DNA of 64,000 nucleotides from Candidatus Hydrogenedentota bacterium (GTDB lineage Bacteria; Hydrogenedentota; Hydrogenedentia; Hydrogenedentales; JAEUWI01): NCBI GenBank assembly GCA_034669905.1, contig JAXMOL010000005.1, positions 11,709 to 75,708 of the forward strand, read 5' to 3'. Shown piece by piece: positions 56,302 to 64,000 of this stretch (position 1 is its first letter; each line of letters starts with the position of its first letter). The notes under the pieces were generated by a model. It saw only the letters and a program-made list of their open reading frames with translations, ran no database searches and was not told where the DNA came from. The position numbers and the translations under genes were made by a program.

Positions 56302-57720
56302 ATGTCTTTCCATCGACTGACCCTGTGCTTGCTCACTCTCGCAACACCCCTTTGGGGCGTCCCCACCCATGCCGACGCGCCCGATGTCGCGACACGGAAT
56401 GCAATGTGTCTGCGCCCCTTCCCGGACAATCCCTATTACTGGCAATACAAGGGCGAGCCAATTATTCTGCTGGGTGGCTCGGTAGAGGATAATCTCTTTC
56501 AAATTGACGGTCTGGAGGCCCACCTCGATTTACTCCAGGCCTCGGGAGGCAACTATATCCGCAACACCCTCTCTTCCCGCGATGAGGGTAACCTGTGGAT
56601 GTTTCAGCAGCGCGAAGATGGCAAGTACAACCTCGACGCCCTCAACGAGGCCTACTACGCGCGTTTGAAACGGTTGCTCGACCTCTGTCTGAAACGGGAT
56701 ATCGTGGTCCAGTTCGAACTGTGGGACCGCTTCGATTATTCCCGGGAGCAGTGGCACGGGAACCCCTTCCGTCCCATCAACAACGTAACCTACACCGTCG
56801 CCTCGTCGGGCCTCAAGAATGAGTACCCGCGCCATCCGGGCTCCAATGACAACCCGTTCTTCCGCAGCATTCCCAAGCAGGAAAACAATGAACTCATCCT
56901 GAAATACCAACGCATGCACATGGACCGGGTACTCGCTGTTTCCCTCCCCTATCCCAATGTCCTGTACTGCATGGACAACGAGACACGGGCCAATACCGAC
57001 TGGGGGGCGTACTGGTCCAACTACGTGAAAGACAAAGCGAAGGGGTTGGGCGTGGTGGTCCAGACCACCGAAATGTGGGATGACTGGAACCTGCAGGCCG
57101 AGCAGCATCGGCACACGCTGGACCACCCGGAGCGCTATTCCTTTGTAGATACCTCCCAGAATAACCACCAGAAGGGACAGCGCCATTGGGACAACTTTCA
57201 ATGGGTCCGGGCCTACCTGGCAAAGTCTCCCCGTCCCATCAACCATGTGAAATGTTATGGTGCGGAAAGCAACCAATTCGGGGATGACCGCGATGGGGTC
57301 GAGCGTTTCTGGCGGAGCCTCGTCGGTGGGGCCGCGTCCATTCGCTTTCACCGTCCGCCTGCTGGATTGGGGCTGGGTGAGCGGGCCCAGGCCAATGTAA
57401 AGAGCGCACGTCTCTTCAGCGAGGCCTACAACCTTATTGCGGGAACGCCGATGACACGGGAGGCCGTGGTGAGTAAGCTCCTCGCCGACGTGGAAGACAA
57501 CGAGGCCCATGTAAATCGGAGTGAGCAGGCGATGGCCGTTTATATGCCCCAGGGCGGCGAGGTTCGCCTGCTTACGAAAGACGTCGGCGCACGGCCGGTG
57601 GTCCAGTGGCTCGATATTGAGCACAGCGTCTGGCGTGCTCCTGTCCCCTTAGAAGGCGATACGCCCGCCCTGAAAGCGCCCGGGGACGGTCAATGGCTCG
57701 CCCTGATCCGGGCCGAATAA
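56302..57720 (+). CDS. Secreted protein, possible TIM-barrel glycoside hydrolase (DUF4038/GH5-like). Hypothetical.
   Basis: AAGGAG RBS. Signal peptide 'MSFHRLTLCLLTLATPLWGVPTHA'. 'PYYWQYKGEPIILLGGSVEDNLFQ' resembles the N-terminus of DUF4038-type hydrolases. Not confirmed. Confidence 0.4.
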   Translation: MSFHRLTLCLLTLATPLWGVPTHADAPDVATRNAMCLRPFPDNPYYWQYKGEPIILLGGSVEDNLFQIDGLEAHLDLLQASGGNYIRNTLSSRDEGNLWMFQQREDGKYNLDALNEAYYARLKRLLDLCLKRDIVVQFELWDRFDYSREQWHGNPFRPINNVTYTVASSGLKNEYPRHPGSNDNPFFRSIPKQENNELILKYQRMHMDRVLAVSLPYPNVLYCMDNETRANTDWGAYWSNYVKDKAKGLGVVVQTTEMWDDWNLQAEQHRHTLDHPERYSFVDTSQNNHQKGQRHWDNFQWVRAYLAKSPRPINHVKCYGAESNQFGDDRDGVERFWRSLVGGAASIRFHRPPAGLGLGERAQANVKSARLFSEAYNLIAGTPMTREAVVSKLLADVEDNEAHVNRSEQAMAVYMPQGGEVRLLTKDVGARPVVQWLDIEHSVWRAPVPLEGDTPALKAPGDGQWLALIRAE

Positions 57721-57853
57721 GCGTGCTTAGACTACTTTGTACGCCTGATCCGGATAGATCGGGCCTTTCACTGCGGCTATCATGGCACGTTGCTCGCCCC
57801 CGACGACTGGCAGCGGCAACAACGTGCCCCCACTGAACCTTGGAAAGTAACCC

Positions 57854-58585
57854 ATGAACGCTTCTTTTGATATCGCTCACAAGACGGCCCTCGTCACCGG
57901 TGCCAATCGGGGCATCGGTAAGGCCATCCTCACCTCGCTGGTGCAGCACGGCGCGAAGCGGGTCTATGCAGCGGTTCGTTCCCTCGAGTCGACCCAGACG
58001 CTGGTGGAGACCTTCGGCGACAAAGTGGTACCTCTTGAACTGGATATGACCAAGCCAGAGACCATCACCGCCGCCGCCGCCAAGGCCACCGACGTGGAGT
58101 TGGTGGTGAATAACGCCGGCGTGCTGACCCAAACCAACGCCCTCTCATCCAAGGCCTTTGACCACCTCGCCTACGAAATGGAGGTCAATGTCTACGGTCT
58201 GATCCGGGTAGCCCAGGCCTTTGCCCCTGTCTTGAAAGCCAACGGCGGGGGGGCTTTTGTGCAGATCAATTCCGTCGCATCCCTGAAGTCCTTTCCGGGC
58301 ATTGCGACATACTCCGCTTCGAAGGCTGCGGCCTACTCGATCACCCAGGGCCTTCGGGCCACCCTGGCGAATCAGCATACGATCGTGCTGAGCGTCCACC
58401 CGGGGCCCATCGAAACCGATATGGCCACCCATGCCGGCATGCTGGAAGGTGTTGAGCCCCCTACAGTGGTGGCCGATGGTCTCATCGCCGCGTTGAAACT
58501 GGGCAACCCCCACCTCTTCCCCGATACCCTTGCCCGCGATGTGTGGCACGCCTATGAAGGATTCGCCAAGGCCATCATTGAGTGA
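57854..58585 (+). CDS. Short-chain dehydrogenase/reductase (SDR).
   Basis: 'KTALVTGANRGIGKAI', 'NNAG' and 'YSASKAA' catalytic YxxxK. Confidence 0.85.
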   Translation: MNASFDIAHKTALVTGANRGIGKAILTSLVQHGAKRVYAAVRSLESTQTLVETFGDKVVPLELDMTKPETITAAAAKATDVELVVNNAGVLTQTNALSSKAFDHLAYEMEVNVYGLIRVAQAFAPVLKANGGGAFVQINSVASLKSFPGIATYSASKAAAYSITQGLRATLANQHTIVLSVHPGPIETDMATHAGMLEGVEPPTVVADGLIAALKLGNPHLFPDTLARDVWHAYEGFAKAIIE

Positions 58586-58705
58586 TATTCAGCCGACGTA
58601 CTGCATTGGGTGAGAATCACGGCGTGACGTACCAATGACCGCGCATTCTTTGCGACACGTCTCAGGACGAAACTCCCCTCCTCGGAAGGGGGCTTTTGCG
58701 CCGCC

Positions 58706-59062
58706 CTATTTCAGCGGTGGGCCCCAGTCTTCAAAGGTAGGCTCGGGCTCGATGGGGCGCAGGGTTACGTAGATGTCATCGCCCTCGATTTTGAGCCCAT
58801 GGCGACGTAGACAGACCTTGCTGCCCCAGAGGCACTCGCCCGTGACGAGGTTGTATTTCCAGCCGTGCCAGGGACAGATCACCACGTCGCCGTTCATTTT
58901 TCCTTCGGTGAGGTCCGCGTTTTCGTGCTTACACCCCACTTCCGTGGCGAAAAAGGTGCCGTCCTTCTGTTTGATGATGCCCACAGGACGGGCCAGGAGT
59001 TTATAGGAGCGAATCCGGGTCTTCTTAAAGTCTTGCACCCGGGCGAGTTTCACGTATTCCAC
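58706..59062 (-). CDS. Rieske [2Fe-2S] domain protein (NirD-like small ferredoxin).
   Basis: 'GCKHENADL' (CxH) and 'CPWHGWKYN' (CxxH). GGAAGG RBS before GTG 59062. Confidence 0.8.
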   Translation of the reverse strand: MEYVKLARVQDFKKTRIRSYKLLARPVGIIKQKDGTFFATEVGCKHENADLTEGKMNGDVVICPWHGWKYNLVTGECLWGSKVCLRRHGLKIEGDDIYVTLRPIEPEPTFEDWGPPLK

Positions 59063-59269
59063 AGGGTATGCCTTCCAACGGTATGGAATTTTTCAGCCAG
59101 TATACGTGTTCTATTAGGTTGACGGCCACTCTGGATAGTTACCGGGTCCGACGGCGGCGTTTCAAAATTTGGCAGGAATCGGTGTAATCCGTTATAATTC
59201 AGGAAGATAGAACCTGCACCCCATTGAGCAACGGGGTCTTACTCTACCCAGCATGAATCGAGGTGTTGT

Positions 59270-59581
59270 ATGCTCGAAGCACAAGAAACCTATTTCCGGT
59301 TGGATATGCCCGTGGCGGAAGCCATGGCACTGCACCCCCGGGTGGCCGAGGTCTTCGCGGCCTTCCATCTCGGTGGTTGCTCCCATTGCGGTGTCGCCCA
59401 GTTTGAGACCATTGAACAGGTCTGCATGGGCTATGGCGTCGATTCGGAAGTGCTCCTGGAGGTCCTGGAGGGCCTGATGGAAAACGATCCGCAAGAAGAT
59501 GGGCCTGCCAAGCCTGCCCCGGCCGAACCCGCCGAACCCGCCGAACCCGGCACGGCCGAAGCGCCGTCGGAAGACCAATAA
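59270..59581 (+). CDS. DUF1858-type (hybrid-cluster-protein-associated redox disulfide) small protein with an (AEP)n tail.
   Basis: 'HPRVAEVFAAFHLGGCSHCGVAQFETIEQV' resembles DUF1858 'FxxFGxxCxGCxxxxxETIEE'. C-terminus 'PAKPAPAEPAEPAEPGTAEAP'. Confidence 0.55.
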   Translation: MLEAQETYFRLDMPVAEAMALHPRVAEVFAAFHLGGCSHCGVAQFETIEQVCMGYGVDSEVLLEVLEGLMENDPQEDGPAKPAPAEPAEPAEPGTAEAPSEDQ

Positions 59582-59631
59582 GCTTTACCCGCGCCTGCTG
59601 CGCATAGTTTCCCGATTGAAGGAGGTCGTAA

Positions 59632-59994
59632 ATGACCACGATGGATAACACGATTGAACAGCCCAAAGCCCTGCTCCGCGCTACCGACGACGCCATCGCC
59701 GCCCTGGGCGAAATGCAACGCGGTGAAGAAGGCAAGGGGAAGGATGGGGTGCGTTTGGGCGTGAAGGGGGGCGGCTGCTCCGGCTTCTCCTATGTCCTCG
59801 AATTCGATAACAAGCGCGAAGGGGACAACATTCTTGAGCAAGACGGGGTCACCTTCTATATGGACCGCAAGTCGGCCATCTATTTGAAGGGCATCGTCCT
59901 GGATTATCGCGCCGGTCTTCAGGGTAAGGGTTTCGTCTTCCAAAACCCCAATGCCACCACAACCTGTGGCTGCGGCGAGTCTTTCTCCGTCTGA
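59632..59994 (+). CDS. Fe-S cluster insertion protein, HesB/IscA/ErpA family.
   Basis: GAAGGAGG RBS. 'VRLGVKGGGCSGFSY' and C-terminal 'CGCGESFSV'. Confidence 0.85.
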   Translation: MTTMDNTIEQPKALLRATDDAIAALGEMQRGEEGKGKDGVRLGVKGGGCSGFSYVLEFDNKREGDNILEQDGVTFYMDRKSAIYLKGIVLDYRAGLQGKGFVFQNPNATTTCGCGESFSV

Positions 59995-60090
59995 GCAATC
60001 AGACACCCCATCCCCTGAGATTTCCCTGAAGCAAAACAGGTCCTCATTCCATTTCCCAGGCACTGCCTGACGTCCCCCAGGTTTTACTTC

Positions 60091-61821
60091 ATGGCTGTAC
60101 TACGAGAATTGAAGGCCGTTCGCGAGAATATCGGCCTTTGGATGCGGGAGGACTATACGGTCCTCCAGTTTTCCGGCAAGGACGCCGGCACCTGGCTCCA
60201 TTCCCAGACTACCAACGACGTAACCGGACTACGCTCCGGTCACGGTAATCTCCAGGCCATCCTCGATCGCCAGGGGCGGGTGCAGGCCTATTTCAGCCTC
60301 CACCGCTGGGAAGATGAATTCTGGGTTATCATCGAAAAAGCCCAACTCCCTGCACTGCTGGCCCGCGTTGAATCCCATCTGATTATGGAAGATGTGACGG
60401 TGGAAGAGGTGGGTCAGGACAGTCCCCAGATTCTGCTCGAAGGCCCTCGGGCGGCGGTCCTCCTCGCCAATCAACACGGGGACCCCCTGGAAGCGGCCCA
60501 CCAGCTGCCCACCCAGGATTACGCGTTCAGCCCCATTCGCCTGCTTGACCACGATGTCCTCCTCTTTCGGCAGGGAGAATCCGGGGAAGATGGTTTCTTG
60601 CTCCTTCCCGGCCCGGGTGAAGCACAGACCCTCTTTGAAAAACTGGAAGATGTGGGTGTCGACTTCGCTATAGAGCTGGTCGGCAGCGAGGCCCGTGCCA
60701 CCCTCCAACTGGAGTCCGGCCTGCCCCGATGGGGCCAGGGCATCGATGAAACCCGCATCGTGGTGGAGACCCCCCTCGCCCAATCGGCCATCAGCTATGA
60801 GAAAGGGTGCTACCTGGGGCAGGAAGTGGTCGCACGGCTCAAGGCCTATGGCACCCCCAAACAACAACTTGTGGCCTTGCTGCTGCCCGACGATGGATCG
60901 CCCCTGCCCCTGGCCGGTGATGCCTTGCATGAGGGCGAAAAGCGGGTGGGTACGCTGGTCCGGATAGGCTACTCCCCCACGCTTTCCCACTGGCTCGCAT
61001 GGGCCTATATGGACCGAGACCACCGGGTTTCGGGCACGACTTACCCCCTACGCCCGGCCTCCTCAGAGCAGGCGATAGGGGCAACGCTCAAGCACTTTCC
61101 TGCCTGGGAGGCCGCGACGCGCCGAGAAAACGCCGAACGGTTCTACAACGAAGCGTTGGGCCACTTTGAGGCAGACTATGACGACGAAAAAGACACGGCC
61201 ATCGAAATCCTCATGGAAGCGTTGGTCCTTGCACCTACCTATGAGGATGCCTACGAAGCCCTGGGGGTCATACTCCATCGACACCATCGGGTGGAGGAAG
61301 CCATACTCTTCATGAAGAAGCTGGCGGCCCTCAATCCCAACTGCGTCATGGCCCACACCAACCTCTCGGTCTTTTACATGAGTCAGGGCATGATTCAGGA
61401 AGCGGAAGACGAAAAGGCCCTGGCGAACCAACTGGAATTCAAGCAGCAATTGGATGCCCGCCAGGCGGAAAAAGCGGCACGTCAGGAACGGGAACGCATC
61501 AAGGCCGAAGCCGAGAGCCGGATCGGCATGTTTCTGGAAGTATTAGACATCGATCCCGACGATCCCGTGGCTACCATGGGACTCGGACAGGCCTACATCC
61601 AGCTGGAGCGCCATGCCGACGCCATCCCCTATCTGGAAACGGCAACCCGGGTACAAAAAGACTTTTCCGCTGCCTACCTGAATCTCGGAAAGTGTCACGA
61701 AGTGCTGGGAAATAGCGAAGCAGCCCGCAGTGCCTATGAGAAGGGCATCGAAGTGGCCGGCCGCAAAGGGGATCTTATGCCCATGCGCGAAATGGAGCGA
61801 CGGCTGAAGCAACTGGCATAG
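60091..61821 (+). CDS. ygfZ: YgfZ-type folate-binding (GcvT-fold) Fe-S repair/assembly protein fused to a C-terminal TPR domain.
   Basis: Hallmark 'KGCYLGQEVVARLKAYG' (KGCYxGQE). N-terminal GcvT-like 'LQFSGKDAGTWLHSQTTNDV'. The C-terminal about 230 aa has TPR-like repeats ('AYEALGVIL', 'AHTNLSVFYMSQG', 'GLGQAYIQLERHADAIPYLETA', 'AYLNLGKCHEVLGN'). Confidence 0.7.
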   Translation: MAVLRELKAVRENIGLWMREDYTVLQFSGKDAGTWLHSQTTNDVTGLRSGHGNLQAILDRQGRVQAYFSLHRWEDEFWVIIEKAQLPALLARVESHLIMEDVTVEEVGQDSPQILLEGPRAAVLLANQHGDPLEAAHQLPTQDYAFSPIRLLDHDVLLFRQGESGEDGFLLLPGPGEAQTLFEKLEDVGVDFAIELVGSEARATLQLESGLPRWGQGIDETRIVVETPLAQSAISYEKGCYLGQEVVARLKAYGTPKQQLVALLLPDDGSPLPLAGDALHEGEKRVGTLVRIGYSPTLSHWLAWAYMDRDHRVSGTTYPLRPASSEQAIGATLKHFPAWEAATRRENAERFYNEALGHFEADYDDEKDTAIEILMEALVLAPTYEDAYEALGVILHRHHRVEEAILFMKKLAALNPNCVMAHTNLSVFYMSQGMIQEAEDEKALANQLEFKQQLDARQAEKAARQERERIKAEAESRIGMFLEVLDIDPDDPVATMGLGQAYIQLERHADAIPYLETATRVQKDFSAAYLNLGKCHEVLGNSEAARSAYEKGIEVAGRKGDLMPMREMERRLKQLA

Positions 61822-62345
61822 CCACCGCACCGCTGGTCCTATTCGTTTTCCAATAGACTCGCGATGCGCCGTATACCCTCACCCAGAATCCGCAAAGCCA
61901 TATCTACGGCGGATTGGGTGGAATCTGAAATAGATTCAAACATACTTTCCTATCCTGCTCAGGCACCCGTGCCTGATAGTAATACCCCGGTCATACGACG
62001 ATGTTACGCTCTTATCTATACATGAAGCATGCACAAAAGTTTCTTCGCCGACAAGACGCCTTCCCTATCGGGTTATTCATCCTTGAACAATCATTCTCAC
62101 GATGACCGGCAAGGTGAACAACAAATCCTCGTCAACACTGACCACCCTCCATTTTCTGCCACCTTGCCCCTGTCCGATTCTCGGTCATTTCAGTACTGAA
62201 TAGGCAAAAAATGCGGCTTCATACCCCTCCATGACTCCACCCAGCCTCTCGGCACAATTCTTGCGAGCTTCTTGTACAGTTTTTTCCGGAGTTGACCTTC
62301 AAACCTGGGAACGTAGCACACGCAACAATCAACGAGGAGAGATAA

Positions 62346-63080
62346 ATGAAGAAGGCATTACTGTACACCACCGCCCTGGGAGTCGCGGGGCTTTTCGCAG
62401 GCACGGGCTCGGCCGCCCCAGTGGATCTATCGTCATGGCAGGCGGAAGGCAGTGGCACGTGGAATCTTGCGCCCGACAACAACTCCGTGTTCCAGACCGT
62501 CAATACGAACCTACCCACGGTGTTTCACAATGGCGTAGACAGCCAGGGCTTCTCCCTCTCCGGTGAAATCACTGTGGAAACGGGCTCAGACAATGATTTC
62601 ATCGGTTTCGTGCTGGGCTTCGATACGGGTGAAGTGACAAGTGCCACGGCCAACTACATTCTCATCGACTGGAAACAGACGTCACAGACCTTCTCTTCGG
62701 TCCCGTCCTCAGCTGGTCTGGCGATATCCCATGTGACCGGTGCCGCAAACTTTGATGACTTCTGGGGACACACTGGCGTCGTCAATGAACTGCAACGGGG
62801 CGCGACGCTCGGAAGCACCGGATGGGCTGACAACACCACCTACTCCTTCGACCTGGTGTTCAATTCGAACAACATCCAAGTCTTCGTGGACGGTGTGGAA
62901 GAGCTGAACATTAACGGCAGCTTTGAGAATGGCAGCTTTGGGTTTTACAATTTCTCCCAAGAAAGTGTCCGCTATGCGGGAATCGAGCAGACGACCAACC
63001 CCGTCCCCGAACCCGCCACAGCTGCGCTCTTTGGCATGGGGCTCCTGGGCGCAGCCATTCGTCGCCGTATGAAGAAATAG
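62346..63080 (+). CDS. PEP-CTERM sorting-signal protein (exosortase substrate).
   Basis: GAGGAG RBS. Signal peptide 'MKKALLYTTALGVAGLFAGTGSA'. C-terminus 'NPVPEPATAALFGMGLLGAAIRRRMKK' is VPEP plus TM plus Arg cluster. Confidence 0.85.
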   Translation: MKKALLYTTALGVAGLFAGTGSAAPVDLSSWQAEGSGTWNLAPDNNSVFQTVNTNLPTVFHNGVDSQGFSLSGEITVETGSDNDFIGFVLGFDTGEVTSATANYILIDWKQTSQTFSSVPSSAGLAISHVTGAANFDDFWGHTGVVNELQRGATLGSTGWADNTTYSFDLVFNSNNIQVFVDGVEELNINGSFENGSFGFYNFSQESVRYAGIEQTTNPVPEPATAALFGMGLLGAAIRRRMKK

Positions 63081-63135
63081 AGATTCAATCCACCCGCTCC
63101 TCGGTCACAAGACCGTAAGGGGGTTATAAACTCAA

Positions 63136-63176
63136 ATGGCACGTACGTCGTCTAACGTACGTGCCATAATTTTTTA
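63136..63176. terminator. Bidirectional rho-independent terminator between the convergent PEP-CTERM and ThuA-like genes.
   Basis: Perfect 12-bp inverted repeat 'atggcacgtacg-tcgtctaa-cgtacgtgccat', followed by 'aatttttt' on the + strand and a shorter T-run 'tttgagttt' on the minus strand. Confidence 0.8.
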
Positions 63177-63200
63177 AGCATGCGAAATTCGGGTTGAGCT

Positions 63201-64000
63201 TCAATTCAGCGCATGATCGGCGGGTTTTAGACCCCGGGTGTGCTTGCTGAATCCGAAGGGTGTGGGCTTGTAGTCTCCCACTATCGCCACATTGGATCGT
63301 GCCGGAATCTGGTCTTCCAGCCCTACCCCCCAATAGGCCGCATTGACCAAAAGACGCCGAAGTCCCTCGCTGAGCAGATCCTGAGATGCGCCCATGGTCG
63401 TGGTAAAGATGCGGCCCGCCTTGCCCGATTTCCCGGTGTAGGTCTTGGTCCAGGCGATGGGATGCTTCACGGTCTTCTCCGCATGGGGCGGGTCGTCGGG
63501 GTTCATTCCCGTAAGCACGATTCCCTGTATCAGGGGTTGGCTGTCACCGGTGAGGGTGGTAATGCCATAGACGTCCGTACCGCCCCAGATGTCCTCACAG
63601 CCCTGCACGATGGGATGGCCTTTCGCCTCCGGAACGATTTCGCCCCGGGTGCTTTCCACACCATGATGACCGTAGTGGTTCACCCACGTCTCGCCCAGGA
63701 CTTGCCGCCCGTAGCCCCCTTTAAAATCGTCCGCCGGGTTATTCCAGGTGTAGCGGGCGTAAGGACTGTCCGGGTTCTTGATGTAATTGAAGGGGTGGGT
63801 TGCCGTGCGCAGGGCGATGATGGGCTTGCCCGCATTGGTGAAATCGACAATATGCTTCATTTGCCCGTCGGGAAGCTCGCGGAAGCGGGTGAAGAGGACC
63901 ATGAGATCTGCGTCTTTCAGCGCCTCCAGCCCGGGGATGTTGTCCAGGGTTTCCGGGTCAATCTCCCCCGTCTCCCGGTTGATGGAGAACAACACGGTGC
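63201..64000 (-). CDS. ThuA-like (class I glutamine-amidotransferase-like) domain protein. 5' end beyond the window.
   Basis: 'DADLMVLFTRF...GKPIIALRTATHPF' and 'GGTDVYGITT...TKTYTGKSGKAGRIFTTTMGAS' are ThuA-type. The frame is still open at 64000. Confidence 0.6.
   Translation of the reverse strand, partial: TVLFSINRETGEIDPETLDNIPGLEALKDADLMVLFTRFRELPDGQMKHIVDFTNAGKPIIALRTATHPFNYIKNPDSPYARYTWNNPADDFKGGYGRQVLGETWVNHYGHHGVESTRGEIVPEAKGHPIVQGCEDIWGGTDVYGITTLTGDSQPLIQGIVLTGMNPDDPPHAEKTVKHPIAWTKTYTGKSGKAGRIFTTTMGASQDLLSEGLRRLLVNAAYWGVGLEDQIPARSNVAIVGDYKPTPFGFSKHTRGLKPADHALN

Noticed and set aside
54711-56429. 572-aa minus-strand ORF.
   Set aside because: Antisense to pilT, whose Walker A/B and PilT motifs are unambiguous.
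56530-57624. 364-aa minus-strand ORF.
   Set aside because: Antisense to the secreted hydrolase-like gene, which has a signal peptide and a strong RBS.
60229-61023. 264-aa minus-strand ORF.
   Set aside because: Antisense to ygfZ, which carries the KGCYLGQE hallmark.

Overview
This is a 64-kb, gene-dense, high-GC (~60%) bacterial chromosomal segment. By eye I find no rRNA, tRNA, CRISPR array, integrase or transposase.

Lineage. A prepilin-type N-terminal-methylation protein of the DUF1559 / H-X9-DG type (12269..13285), a PEP-CTERM protein (62346..63080), several >1000-aa secreted proteins and sulfatase and glycosidase genes together point to the PVC superphylum, most likely Planctomycetota or a related Kiritimatiellae/Lentisphaerae-like lineage.

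Content. I call about 45 CDS.
- Core genes: secA, gdhA, an NADP-malic enzyme, pilT, an SDR, and an Fe-S-biogenesis mini-cluster (Rieske protein, DUF1858 protein, IscA/ErpA-like protein, and a YgfZ-TPR fusion).
- Accessory-looking genes:
  - Two tandem giant vWA (MIDAS) surface proteins.
  - A ~1600-aa secreted protein with GH38-like signatures, flanked by a polytopic membrane protein and a CPBP-like membrane protease.
  - Two tandem paralogous (GE)n-repeat proteins encoded by hexanucleotide microsatellites. They carry EF-hand/dockerin-like loops and an unrecognised Cys-containing C-terminal tripartite anchor.
  - Two tandem GH78-like rhamnosidases, one fused to an L,D-transpeptidase domain.
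  - A YdjC-type deacetylase.
  - A membrane-anchored sulfatase-like protein.
  - A ThuA-like protein.
  - A lysine-rich protein in a compositional outlier region. It has its own promoter and a strong terminator, and carries a His...Cys dyad reminiscent of clan-CD peptidases.

Artefacts and limits. Many long antisense ORFs in the six-frame track are high-GC artefacts and are listed as rejected. All family assignments rest on motifs read by eye; none was confirmed by a search.
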